A stretch of DNA of 64,000 nt from Botryllus schlosseri. Its lineage: Eukaryota. The stretch spans positions 12,154,001 to 12,218,000 of the forward strand of contig CM119372.1 in the NCBI GenBank assembly GCA_051294905.1, read 5' to 3'. Shown here one piece after another: positions 34,301-46,804 of this stretch. Positions within the stretch are counted from its first letter, which is position 1. Each line of letters begins with the position of its first letter. The position numbers and the translations under genes were made by a program. The notes under the pieces were generated by a model that saw only the letters and a list, made by a program, of their open reading frames with translations, searched no databases and was not told the DNA's origin.

Positions 34301-37300
34301 AGATGAGTGTCAATTCTCTACCACTTGAAGATATTTCCAACAATATCTACTATGTGAAATGTCATTTCCCGCTAGCGTGTGTAGCTTTGTGGTACGACCA
34401 ATGTAGGTTTCAAGGCTTTCATGTTGGGGAAAAAAACATCGAAACTCTTCTCCTTGTTGAAACCGTATAATTTCAGTACTCCAAAGAATTGTCTTTCACT
34501 ACTCGAGTCAAACCGTTAGAATCAATACTCGAATCATGTGCCCAGCCTAATTATTTTTGAAAATCTGGAGTAAAGAGACTCTGAAATTCTTTCTGGATTG
34601 TGATATTTTTAAGACTTGTACTTGAGCAAACCATCCAAGGCAGGGGAGGATGGGTATATGAACCTTCCTATTTCGGACGCAAGGATGTGAAATAACTATA
34701 AGATGATGAAATTACTTTTGACTTCGTGCAGACGCTATTAGACTAGATCAGTGCTTTTCAACCTGTGTGACGGTTCGCACCTGTGCGAATGAAAAAAATT
34801 GCAGTGCGAATGACGAAGGTAGTGCGAATGGTGCGAATGAAAATCCGGATCAAGTGCGAATGAAAACCGTGAATAATTGTTAACATTTCTGACGTGGAAT
34901 AATTCAAATAAACCTAATAGGAAATTTAAGATCAGTTTAACTTTTATAGTTGCGACGCAATTGTAAAACTTAATACGACGCACCACTCATCGTAGTCCTC
35001 ACAAGCCGTAGTGAGTTAATATTCCCGCACTCTAATTATTACGTAACAAAAAGCCTGGTTTGAAGCTGTTGTAGTGGCAGTATAAAGATCTCTAAAATCT
35101 CTATATTATATTGGCAGACATACAGTACATCATCTGAGCCCGAGACAGGCTGGACAAAATGACGTCAAATTGACTTTCTGCTTTCTTTCACTAAACAATC
35201 ATCATATTTTCGTAATAACTGTTCGATTTGCGCGAGGCACGAGGATAGTAGTAAATACCATCATTACAGACTCACATTTGCAAGTTACTGTAACGCAAAT
35301 TTTACCCCTTCAAGGGTAATTACAGTATGGACCGCAAAGGGTATAATTTTGGGTCTACACGGTGCCAGAGTTATCTGTTAATATGTATGTAATATTTATT
35401 GAATTTATTGCAAAAAATCCTGCTATCGTTTCTACATATCGTATAGCCAATAAGCGAGACACGCTTGAGAATTCATGATAAGATTTGTCCGACTGTCTTT
35501 TTCTGGAAAACATGGTCTAAGACCGTTGGGATGAACTAGTATAGGCCGTAGGGGTGTGCAACGAGCGAGTTCAGGCCTATGAGACTCATTCATTTCGAGG
35601 CCAACCCCTTTCTGCGTGGGGGCACATGAAGACGTCACGTTTTGGCAAACAAACCGCTGATAAAATGCGGTGTCAAAAACATAAGCGGCGACAAAACCTC
35701 GGTCTAAAAATTACCGATGTTGGATGGCCAAGCCATTCGAGATATGTTCCGTTGTCTGCACGGAATAGTCCCGTTCTTGCAATCTGAGTAGAGGTCGACC
35801 GATTATCGGCGCCGATATTTGGAACTTTCTCGAATATCGGTATCGGCCAATCTAGGCCGATATCGCGACCGATATTTCATATCTAACTACAATCTACCTT
35901 TTCTGAACTGATCTGCAATTCTGTATCATGTTTTGATTTTCGGGTTATCCCAAATTTCAACGAATGTTCACAATTAAGCAATAAGTCTTTTCGATTTCAG
36001 TTTTCTCGTTTGTTGTTCACCTTTCTGTGGCATGAACAAGTGCCACCTTGCCTAATATATAATATTTTTGGCGAAATAGTTCTCTGCTCCTTCCATATTA
36101 ATATCGGCCTATGATATCGGTTATCGGCCTTGTGAGCGTCGAAATATCGGTATCGGTATCGGCCTGTAAAAATCAATATCGGTCGACCTCTAAATCTGAG
36201 TAGACAGTAGTACAACTGCGATACGCAGAGGAATTTAATTCGCCCTAATTTGAAATCGCGTGCGTCAGACATGTTTTGTAGAGCTGTGTTGGGTAGAATT
36301 GTGGTTTGCGCGTTCTGTATGTCCTACATGCCCGTAAAATGTAGCATACAACTGTAATGTTATAAATAATTTCCTTTTCATTGGTGAGGCTCGGGTCGCG
36401 AGATGTCACAAACACTCAGATTGTGGTGGTAGTCTAAAAGCTGCTTTTTTACCGTTATTAAACTGTCATGAATTCTCAAGTTAGATTGAGCTAAAGAGTA
36501 TAACACACCGTATCATGAGTTAGTTGCTCTTCTCATAAACTTGCGAGACAGAAAATGGATCAACGTATCATCAGGTAGCGAGCTCTAATGTGCCTACTCT
36601 CTTTGATCGTTTTGCACCTTATGTTCCAAAGAAATATAGCAAAAGCCTCAACACAATCATGTTTTTTTTCATTCTTTCGACAGATTGGAGCCTTGCGGGA
36701 CCTTTGTGTCAGCTCTCAAATACAGTTTTGCCAGCAAGCATTTTTCACCCGCGAAAAATACGCTGTATTTCGGATAGGAGTGCAGAACAAATTTTAAGAC
36801 CTGGCCATCCATGCACTAGTAGACGTTTTTGTACAAATTCCCAACAACTTGTTAGGCCGAGAAAGGGTTATAGTGTAATAATTGGAAGCAAAACGAGCGA
36901 AAAAAGTTGCCTTCTTATTGAGACACTTGATAGCTTAAGCTAGATAGTAGCCAATTTGTTGCATATCTGAACAAAATGTTGTTAAGTAGGCCTATCTTCA
37001 TCTACTTTTTGTATAACTATTTTCAATTAGTTTGTGCGATTGAAATTTATTTTACAAAAAAAGTGCGAACGGAGCACAAAAAGGTTGAAAAGCACTGGAC
37101 TAGATGGTTTCATTCCAACCAAATCTATCATTGGATTACTTATAAACAAAATCTTGTCATGCCCGACCCAACCAGGAGCATCAGGCATCCTTGCCCGGGC
37201 TTTCAAAATGTGAACATAGTTTGTCGGCGATAATTTGGCCGTAAGGATAATTGTGCTTGACAGTTTCCGATGTCACGGTAATTTTAATGAATTCTTGAGA

Positions 37301-40300
37301 AGATATTAGTCTCTACTTTTCCTTATTCATAGGTATTGAACTAAGCTGCTGCTAGCAAAGATAATCTCTTTGAGTTTTGTGAATTTCTTGTGTAATGTCA
37401 ACTGATTTGTTATTTGAAATTTAGATATGTATGGATGTAAGTATTCAGGAGTGCTTTGCATGCTCACATTTGTTTATTCATTTCGCACAATTGCACGATT
37501 TCACGCACATTGCTTCAAACCTTGGATATAACTGGCCTGCCGATGCCAAATAAAATTTGTACCTATCACTACCAGGAGCTCAAATGCGGCATGCTGCACG
37601 CTATTTCACCTCAACGACGCAGAACAGTGGTTGTGCGAAAAAAAAGATATGTTCCTTGCATGTGTTTATATAACCTAACTCGACCTAATAAGACAGGTGG
37701 GGTGTGTGAACCATGGTTTTTCGCTTGTGATGATATGAATTCAAATCTTCTAAGAAAGGTATTTTAAATGCTTGGAATATAGGTGAGTTATAATCAAGCA
37801 TTTTTCACGCCACCAATGACCAGCAGACATTTTGAAAATCCGAATCCAGGATCCGTCCTATCGATATATGAAACAATTAACACTTTCTTCCATATCTTTA
37901 ATCCTGTTTTATCCATTTCTAAGATATTATATTCAACAGCTCATTCCAGTAATACAACTTGTTTGCTGCTATGCTGATTGCTGATACCATTTATATTATC
38001 GAAAGATCGATGCAATTATGAAAGCAATCTGTTTACTGGGCTTGTCGAATATATATATATCGACTTTTCAATTAGAGTAAAATGAAAAGGGCAAAAGAAA
38101 ACAGGAAACAAAAAAAACATCAAGATAATCAGTTTTAGGCTCGTATTAAGCGTCTCCAACGTAGGCGGTCGTGGGCGTCTTCAAGCGACAGCCCGCGTTG
38201 CGCTAGGTCAGTCTCCATTGTCGAGCGCCATGTTTTCCGATTCCAGCCACCTCTGCGCCATGGCTCCGTCGGCTTGTCGAAGGCACTGTGCAATGGAGCG
38301 AAATAGCCCGGATAAACCTCCAACACTTTTAAGATAGGCAAAACCTGGGTTCAGGGCCACTCCAATTAATGTTGTGATGCCTAGCATGCTTTGCTATGGA
38401 TGGATACTCATTGATTTTTCTCGTCCTTGATTTGACTGTATTTCAAGTTGTTGCGAGTATCAATCTCATAAATCACGTCCGCTCCAGTTTGGGTGAAGTC
38501 TTTCATTCCATGTGTCAAGGGGCGGCTGAACGTTAACTATTTGACTTGGTCTTCAGTGTAACGATTTGGAAATGTGTTTTCTCATTACAGGGCAGGCATC
38601 CATTCATACCGATGATATTGATGTTGCCGGTGACCTTATACAGAACATGGCTTCTTTTCTGGGAATATCTGACCTGCAGGTCTGTTTACTCAGGCAGTTA
38701 TATGCAATTGAACCCTATGCTAAACTAAGGACACATTCCCATATTATTTATCTTAACCCAATATTATTTGAAGTTCCTCGCCATTATGTGGTGTAGGCCT
38801 GTTTTTGTTCATTGAAGAGCAGTTTGTTCATTGTGCTTTGAGGCTGGTCGAAGGTATACGGGAGAGCTGTCTATTTGAGCTCATCCAATCTTCATACCTG
38901 TACCACACTGTGCCGGCATTCACAGAACATTATATGACATTCCTGACCGCAGCATATCAAGCTTCAGCCATGACCCCATCCAATTTTATCACTCCCCCCG
39001 CATAATTATGCAATCTTGTGTGAATTTCTGTTGTATGGTCTTTAGGTGACCGCTAATTTCCCCGGACACTTTGATCTACTTCATGATTTGATTGGTAAAG
39101 CGGGGGAACTGCATACGACACAGCAGAGACTATCGGCGGAAATGTCTGATCATTCGAATCTTATAAGAAACTTAGTGGTGAGTTGATGATGATATCTTGA
39201 AACTGTAGCGCAGGGGTGGCCAACCTTTTCGGCCAAAGGGCCACATGCAGTTGAACAACCCTTGAGCGGGCCACCGGCCGCGTTAAGCGTGAAAATTTTT
39301 CAAACTATATAAGTCAATAATAGGTCAATAATGTTGTTAGTTGAGTCTATTGCGGGTCTGCTGTATAACGCTGCGCTCAGTTGGCAAGGACTGGACCATT
39401 CGTCACCTGGACATATCGATATCGAAAGCTTCGGCCAACATGCGGCAATCATTTTGTGCCTAGGTTTCATCGTCGACAGTCTTTCTGTGAGCGCAAACGC
39501 AAGGTCGCATGTTGGACGACACTTTCTCTCGTGATGGAGAATATAGTTAGACTCAATCCGGCACATTAGGCGTTCTTTGATTTTCAGGAGGGGGGTAACA
39601 ATATTAAAAGCAAGAAATCGAGTGACATATTGTGAGAAGATTAAGATTTTGATAAATCTGCTGCAAAATATTCTGCTTTATTGTAATGTACGATGATCCA
39701 CCAAAAATGTGACGGGCCCATGGATCTGCCAATGCGTCGGAACTGACATTTTAGTCGTCACATCCTAAGTGTTACAGCCAGACTAATCAAATTTTTGGTT
39801 GGCCTTGCCATTTCACAATCTGGGCAATCCATTTTTGATAAAATTACTAATTTCCAAAATTACCTCGCGAGCACTCAAAACCTTCTCGCGGGCCACATCC
39901 ACGGGTTGGCTGCCCCTGATGTAGCGTATCTATAGTAACAGTTAGTGTAGTGTACTGTAGATCAAGAAATACAATTATCGCAGGATTACATGTACGTTGC
40001 ACACTCTACATAGCCTTTAGTTGGAGATTTTGTTTTCATCATTTCCACCTATCACTATATGCCACAGATTTCATATATAATATATTGTATGCAAAGATAG
40101 TCATGTAATTTGTCGTTTTTAAATTGGAAGACTTTGGTATAATTACTCGGTCCACTATCTATTTTCAACGTAAACTACTGACTAACAGGTGCAGAAATTA
40201 TAGCATCTTTACTTATCGATTATGGCTACCTTGAAAATATGAACATTATCCACCAATGTACTTCAACCGTCGATTAAGTTGAACTGAATCTGCCATCAAA

Positions 40301-40771
40301 GTAACGACAAATAATAGATTCTTGTGAATGCATGTCGGTGCTAAGAAATAAGACTTGTCGAATGTAGAAGTTGAATGAGGCAGTTGATTACAGGACTGAA
40401 TTTACGCCTTGCGCAACTGAGTGGTGAATAATACCGAATCTCTGATTACTCTGTGAAGAAACATGTGAAATTTTCCTATCATCACTCAGGTCCGTGCAGA
40501 AGACTCCAGACTCATGAGCGACCACAGAAGTATGAAGCAGTCATATTCGGAACTGTACAGTTTGAACCAAGATTTGGTCAACGGGTACCATATTCGGTGC
40601 AATAATCATAACGACTTATTGGAATGTCTTCGTCTCATCAACAAGTGCATCCAGAGAGCCGGGAACCTTAGAGTTGGTAAACATAAGACCAACTTGATAG
40701 CTTCTTGCAGGGAGGCCGTAAAAAGAAATGATGCTAACGCCTTGGTTAGAGTAATGAAAGCTGGGTCGTGA
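28310..40771 (+). CDS. BBS2: Bardet-Biedl syndrome 2 protein (BBSome subunit). Exons 28310-28535, 28971-29071, 29130-29248, 29370-29484, 29545-29669, 30529-30832, 30899-31018, 32007-32163, 32578-32734, 33098-33342, 38591-38679, 39046-39177, 40490-40771.
   Basis: [136 protein letters not shown] are diagnostic of BBS2. Splice phases are consistent. Confidence 0.96.
29800..30270. mobile_element. hAT MITE of the GACTCG family in a BBS2 intron
   Basis: CAGGGTTGTAATGACTCG ... GTTACAGCCCTG. TSD CTGATGAC / CCAATGAC. Confidence 0.85.
31194..31716. mobile_element. hAT MITE of the GACTCG family in a BBS2 intron
   Basis: GAGGGTTGTAATGACTCG ... GGTTACAACCCTG; internal sequence matches 7534-7957. Confidence 0.82.
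33412..34192. mobile_element. hAT (Charlie-like) MITE
   Basis: TIR CAGAGGTCTCAAAC / GTTTGAGACTTCTG. Perfect TSD GCATAAGT (33404-33411, 34193-34200). Confidence 0.9.
34212..34549. mobile_element. hAT MITE
   Basis: TAGGGCTGGGAGTGATTCGA ... TCGAATCATGTGCCCAGCCTA. Perfect TSD ATTATTTT. Confidence 0.8.
34749..37097. mobile_element. Non-autonomous hAT element of 2.3 kb carrying nested repeats
   Basis: TIR CAGTGCTTTTCAACCT / AGGTTGAAAAGCACTG. Perfect TSD GACTAGAT (34741-34748, 37098-37105). Subterminal GTGCGAA repeats. Confidence 0.92.
35789..36192. mobile_element. hAT MITE nested in the 34749-37097 element
   Basis: TIR TAGAGGTCGACCGAT / ATCGGTCGACCTCTA. Perfect TSD AATCTGAG. Subterminal ATCGG repeats. 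Confidence 0.92.
38135..38341 (-). mobile_element. RTE-clade LINE 3' fragment
   Basis: [42 protein letters not shown] has the typical RTE ORF C-terminal pattern (W.R..G....TW...DL...A.DR..WR). Confidence 0.7.
39211..39918. mobile_element. hAT MITE of the same family as 1587-2271
   Basis: CAGGGGTGGCCAACC ... GGTTGGCTGCCCCTG. TSD CTGTAGCG / ATGTAGCG. Internal sequence colinear with 1587-2271. Confidence 0.9.
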
Positions 40772-41821
40772 TCGTAATTTTCCATCCACTATTTATGTAC
40801 TTCATATGAAATCACTGTATATTTTTGTATTGTGTAGTCGTTTATATAAAGTAAAATACCTTTGATATATGTGTCCGGTAAAATTGATGTCTTACTGTTG
40901 CTGTTTGTTTGTTTATTTACACCATTAGTTTCCGTTCATTGAACGGTGATGGACATGACTGCAGCACACTTCTCTTATCTTGTGCATTAGAAAGAGATCA
41001 GTTGGCTATTCATATGTGTCGTAGTTGCCAGAACTAGCATAAAAAAATCAGCTAGGCGTGTTTGGAGGATTTAGAAACGACTTTCTACCGTGCTGCTTCC
41101 TTCAGATGATGTTCTTAGAATTTACCAACATGGTAATTGCGCACAAATCGGAAAGCAGCTAAACAAAGACTGTAAATATAAGATTGTGATATTCTCCAGT
41201 GAAAGAATGAAAGCGTTGAAATGATCAGGCGGGAGGGGGAAGAGGTCTCAGTTGCACAGGTACTTGCTTATAAATGTGACAAAACAAACGACGCATCCAG
41301 TGGTGTAACAACGCAATGAGCCGCCTTCTGATTTATTGCATGACCCAACAGCCTTTAACACCATTGTAATAGTTGATGGCCCGTACAGGAATGTAAAAAT
41401 GTGGGTTGACCTTGACATGAAATCAGATTATAGATAAGGTGACAGATCGGTTCTCAAATCATTACACCACAAGATTGCGATATAATGAGAAGATAGGACG
41501 GTGCGGAAATGACTTGAAGTAGTCTTTCAATCAGACGCCCATATTGGCCTACAGCATGTAAATAAAAGGCATGCACACTGGATTTAAGAATGGATACCTC
41601 GAATTCGAGTCTCAGTATTATGACTCGGACTCGACCCTCTGCACCCCGACTTGGACTTGACTCGGTGGTGAATTGAAAATGACTCGACTTAAAACTATAA
41701 ATAGCATTGACTTGTGACCAATGTTCCCTCTTCGGCATCGGCTTTATGTGCGACACATTTTTCTGTACGAGCTCAGCTTAACGGGAACATTGCTTGTGAC
41801 TTGTTGGTAATCCTGATAGCA

Positions 41822-42775
41822 TAGGGTTACCATATGCCATCTTTGAAGAGGATTTGTCCTCTTTTTCAACATATTGAAAGTGTCCTCGGATGACGCCAAG
41901 GCTATATGTCCTCTTTTGGAAATTTGTCCTCTTTTGAAAAAGTAGTAAAATATACTCAAAAATTGGACTCCGATGTAGGGAATATTAGCCAGTCTTCAGC
42001 TGGATTACCGGACCACGACCTAACATCGACCTCGTCCTCCGCCACATGCCACCTCATTTTGTCGCTTGCGTCTTCTATTCTCTGCATTACTTTTCATTCA
42101 GGGTGCATGCCTCTTATTTACTTCACCTAGGCTAAGGTGGGTGTCTGATCTTGATGGCTACTCCAGGTTGTTTCGACACCTTCCTATCTTTTCATGGTAT
42201 CGCAGTCTTCATCATCATCATCATTGGTTTATTGGCAATTTTATCAGTTCATACACCACAAAAAATGCGATATAATGAAAAGAAAGGAAGATGTCGAAGC
42301 GACTAGGAGTTATCTATGGAATCGGACACCCACCTTGGCCTAGGCGATGTAAAGAGGAGGCATGCACATTGCACACTGAACGAAAGTAAAGAAGATAGTA
42401 TAGAAAAAGGAAGCGACAAGAAATAGGGCGGCATGTCATGGGAAGCGAGATCGATAGGGAGTGGTCCGGTAATCTTGAGGATGGACAGTCTTGTGATGTT
42501 TTGAAACGATGAAAATGTTAATAAACCTGATTGATTGGGAACGCCTGAGTTGGCAAAACAATAAACGAAAATACGGCTCAACGGGTATTGGGGGAGCAAA
42601 GATAACTTCTGAAATGGGTTAAAATCGTCTAGTCAGATAACCGACATTTTTTTAGTCAATACAGTACTATTGGTCGAACAAATTTAAAAATCACTAGCTT
42701 TCGTTTCCGGTACTAGAGCTTTCAGAATTTTTGAAAAGTGTCCTCTCTTTCGGATCTCAGAATATGGTAACCCTA
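41822..42775. mobile_element. Blackjack-like hAT MITE containing two inverted retroposon 3' ends
   Basis: TAGGGTTACCATAT ... ATATGGTAACCCTA. Internal 42003-42204 is the reverse complement of 42266-42475. Confidence 0.75.
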
Positions 42776-43682
42776 GGCAGCACCGTAGAGGATGTCCTAC
42801 AGTCTCTGTAGTTTAATCATAGCCTTTATGCATATAAGGCTATGGCTCAATAAAGACAGTCTCAAACTAGTGTCGTACGTCGTACCTCACTGTGATTAAT
42901 GATACCAATAGTTCAATATACAGAGGCCACCGCGACTACATGTAGTAAATATTTGTTACTTGAGCTATGGTGAAACCGTACGTCGGTTTCGTTAGTCCGT
43001 CGTCAATTTCCACGCACTACGAATATCAAGTATCAAGTATCATTCATTTATGGTCGGGGGTTGGTTTATGACGCATGAGCTTTGGAAGGATGGTGTACTT
43101 TTATGTTGCTTTGTTTTTGTAGAATGGTGTTATCGTTGAGAAGGTGGCTGTGGATGATATAGTTTTTCTTGATCTAAGGTTGGACCGTTAGCTCTGTTTT
43201 TACCTAGATTGCTATTATGGTGTGAACTTGAAAATTGATTGGAAAGGAGAGCAGAAGATATGGCATTTTGACGATAGGTAACAGTAGTCGTGTATTCAGC
43301 CCACGCATAAATCGATGAGCATGAGGAGAAAAGGAACTTGCATAGCGCAATAAGACAAACATGAGTCATGACTCATGCGCTGTCTGAAATTGGTGTCGCA
43401 TGCGGGACACTTGTAAAACCCGCAGAATCTGCTTAATGATACCGCACCAGTTTGAAGCTCTCCTGTTTGTTTGTCATTATATTAATTGTGATAAAATTTA
43501 CATCCACCCTTTGTAAGTTCACAATTACCTGCTGCACAAAGTTCCAAAGTGTTGGTATAAAATGAAACATTAATAACTGGTGGGTTTGTACTCAATAGGC
43601 TTATCAATAAAATGTTTTTGAAGGTCTCTTGGAACAAGCCTTATAATTAGGCTACGATTACGATTTACATCAATTATGACTG

Positions 43683-43939
43683 AGCGAGATAGTGTAATGG
43701 TTATGCGTCCAGCTTCTCGATCGGTAGGTCGTGGGTTCAATCCCAGGCCGGGTCAGACCAAAGACTCTAAAACTGGTATCCGCGGCTATCCAGGTAGGCG
43801 CTCAGCATCCATGGATAGCGTGGAGGAGAAAAATACGGTGGTGCAGACTAGATGAACTTGCTTGAAGTTCGTATCGCATCTCCATCGTCAAAGCATCTCG
43901 ATGTTGCCGGCGAAAATAAATCTGATCTCTCTCTCTCTC
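43683..43939 (+). mobile_element. tRNA-derived SINE with a Meta-like central domain and (CT)n tail
   Basis: A box TAGTGTAATGG, B box GGTTCAATCC, core GGTCAGACCAAAGACTCTAAAACTGGTATCC...GGCGCTCAGCA, then AATAAA and (CT)n. Other copies occur in the window. Confidence 0.85.
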
Positions 43940-44541
43940 ACTTGGGTCCCAGACTGGAAACAGTGGTTTTGGGCGATAAGTTGCGTGTGACAGATGAGTT
44001 CTTTTGCATAGAATAATTAACTAATTGAAAGGAAGTTGTGCGTGACGTAGCCACCAATTCCACTCTGGCTTGGGTCTGTCGTCTACTATACTGAGTATCA
44101 ATCAGTATAGACACATATTCCAAGTTGAATTGTCCAAATGTTCATGTATTGATGTTATATTAAAGCATCAAAAATATGTTTATTGGAGAGCTTCTTGGAT
44201 GTACGGTACAGATATGCAAAACACATGATTGAAAAACCCACTGACACTCGCTTCTCTACTAGTTGCTGACGATTGCCCCTGACAAGCGTCAGCCGAAAAT
44301 ATTCGGGTTTATTCCAATATGAATATACTTTCAATCATGTAATTTTAGACATAGGACTACTCAAGTCAAAAGAACATACCGTTACATCATTCAATAGAAG
44401 TTATTAATTGAAAACTTGACTCCAGCATTCTGATTATACTGTCTTCATTGTTCAATTTGGCTACTCATCTATTATTCAACCTTTCTGTTCAGGATCTTTT
44501 ATATTTGACTGTGATATCTGACTGATAAGCCCTATCATTTC

Positions 44542-46746
44542 ATGAAAGACCTTCAATGCGATACGATGTCAAATATGTTACGAATTGAAAAAACCACAAT
44601 CAGGACATCAGTGGTTGATCTGCCTTACCTCAAAATGGAAACACTTCAGAGGGATGATGTTTTCGCATCGCCTGATCAAGAAAACTGCGACGATCTAAGT
44701 GATAAGTTCATGCGAATGAGAGCGACAGACTCCAAGAAGGAAGCAGTTGCGTTACGTGGGAGTGGAGAGCCCGAAAGTGGAATTACTAAGAGCCGGAAAA
44801 TGCCATATGTTAACTTACATTCGTCCATATCATTGCACCATAATGGACACAGGCACTCGAGTGCCACAAGGTTTAGTGCTTATAGCGTTTCATCACCTAC
44901 CAATTTTGGCACAAACGCGTTCAAGACGATACCCTCGATTGTAATTAATGCCGACGAAGCGAAATTCATTTCTCGATTCTACGAGTCGAATCACGGAAAA
45001 ATTGTTGAAAGACACAGAGAGAGGTTATTTTTTCGTCCATATCGTTTTCTCAGTCGGAGACACTGCATGTGTCAGCCAGCTCCTATAAGAAGACGCCGAC
45101 TTGGAGTCAGTCATAAAAGGTATGTGCTGTTCTCGATATGACTTATTTGTTACACATTTAGTAGTCTCCTCAAACGTATACTGGTTGCATAACCTACTTG
45201 ATCTTTTGAAATCTTCGAATAGGCTGCCACAACGATTACATAATGTGCGAAAATATACTTTGACATGCGTCCAGTTAGGTTTACTTGTAACTGGCCAGGC
45301 TGACATATATCGACAGATGTGTTGTGACAGCTTTTATAATAGCTCTTTGCTACCGAATGACAGGTGGTGCCAAAATAGGTCAACTTTGAGAAGAATATAT
45401 TCTGTCTTCTGGTTCTTATGAAGATCTGTCATCCCCGAAAACTAATTACTGCTAGAAATCGACTCCGAAAACTGTCTCAAAATATATTTGGATGCGGACC
45501 TAGTGCAAGTAGACACATTTGACTTGGGTGCATGGACCTTCATTAGTGATCACTTCAAGATATGACGTACTGACAGCTGTCAGAAATTTGGCCGTAGCTT
45601 ATTCTGTACCAAATCCAATGGTACCACAATTTCTGCTTTTGCCAACAGCAGTGCCTACCCTTTAAAAGATTCCTAGCCATTTATGATCTCAAATAGCAGT
45701 GGAGTTGGAGATGTGACGCCATACACAGTACCAATCGAGACCCTTCAGTCTTTGGCGTCATACCTTGCCCGATATCTCACCAATAACTCATAGGCTACTA
45801 ACGTCACTTAACCAAATCCAAAAATATCATAGCTCTCCTCTAGTTTGCGTATTACGTAACAGCACTGATGAATAGTGTGACAACTGACATTCACCGAATT
45901 TCAGAATCGTTACGGAGTCATCAGTAAACGAGCTGTCAGACATGTTGGAACAACTAGGATCGGACAAAGCTGCGAAAGGTCTGCATCAAAAGCATTCATG
46001 GCCTGACAAGTCGCTGCAACCATTTTCCCCAGTATCAGACCGGTCCGTATCTGGCCAAAGACAATTGAATCGTGTGGGATCACTAGGAAACAGTGATACT
46101 ACATCTAGCAGCAGCGAGATGATGCAAGTCATCCGCGGTATGCACGAACTTGGTGTATCAACTTATAATTGATAGTGTTGCCAACTTAAGAGCGTCTTCC
46201 TATTTATTGAACGGGTGGTGTGATATGCTGTCATCACATTTAATCCAACCTGATTAATACTGTTCTTCATTTCTACTTGCAATACTATTTATGTAACATG
46301 GTCGTGTTACCGCCAGTATTCCAGCCTGATAGGCATTCTCAGAATGATTCAAATGCATTTTAGGCATATGACATCAATACGTGACCACTGGACATTGTCA
46401 TTGCAGTATCAAATATCAATACCGGTATACTGTGGACCTCCGCATATTTTTTCTTACATCATTCAATCATGATACTCACTGTGCGTTGCATTATATAAAT
46501 ACCAATATATATATGTGCTGTAGCATAAAAGAGATGCCGTGATATACAGGGCTGGTCTTTTCCTTAAGTCGCGCTATCTTGGAAAGCAGCTTCACACAGG
46601 AGATGGCGGAAGAGCTGCACACAGTAGTACAAGAGCTATCCTGCAGTCTCCTAAAAACAATTAATCTTTCCTTGACTGCCAGTCATACGGTAATTGTTTT
46701 GTGTATCCCAGTGTCAGTACAATATTGGAGTCAACATAGTCGGTAA
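44542..46746 (+). CDS. Putative uncharacterised spliced gene. Tentative exons 44542-45119, 45905-46137, 46550-46746.
   Basis: 199-aa ORF with an upstream TTCAG acceptor (44492) and donor AG|GTATGT. Phase-compatible exons follow (IVTESSVNELSDMLEQL...; GLVFSLSRAILESSFTQEMAEELHTVVQEL). No family recognised; 3' end uncertain. Confidence 0.45.
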
Positions 46747-46804
46747 CGATGGTCTCTCTATGGTGCTTACATCGATGAAAGCAATAGACAACAAACCTTC
46801 AATT

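Noticed and set aside
43683..43755. tRNA gene (also 51500-51573 and 51601-51670)
   Set aside because: A and B boxes are present, but I see no proper acceptor stem and the sequence continues into a SINE core and tail in several copies.
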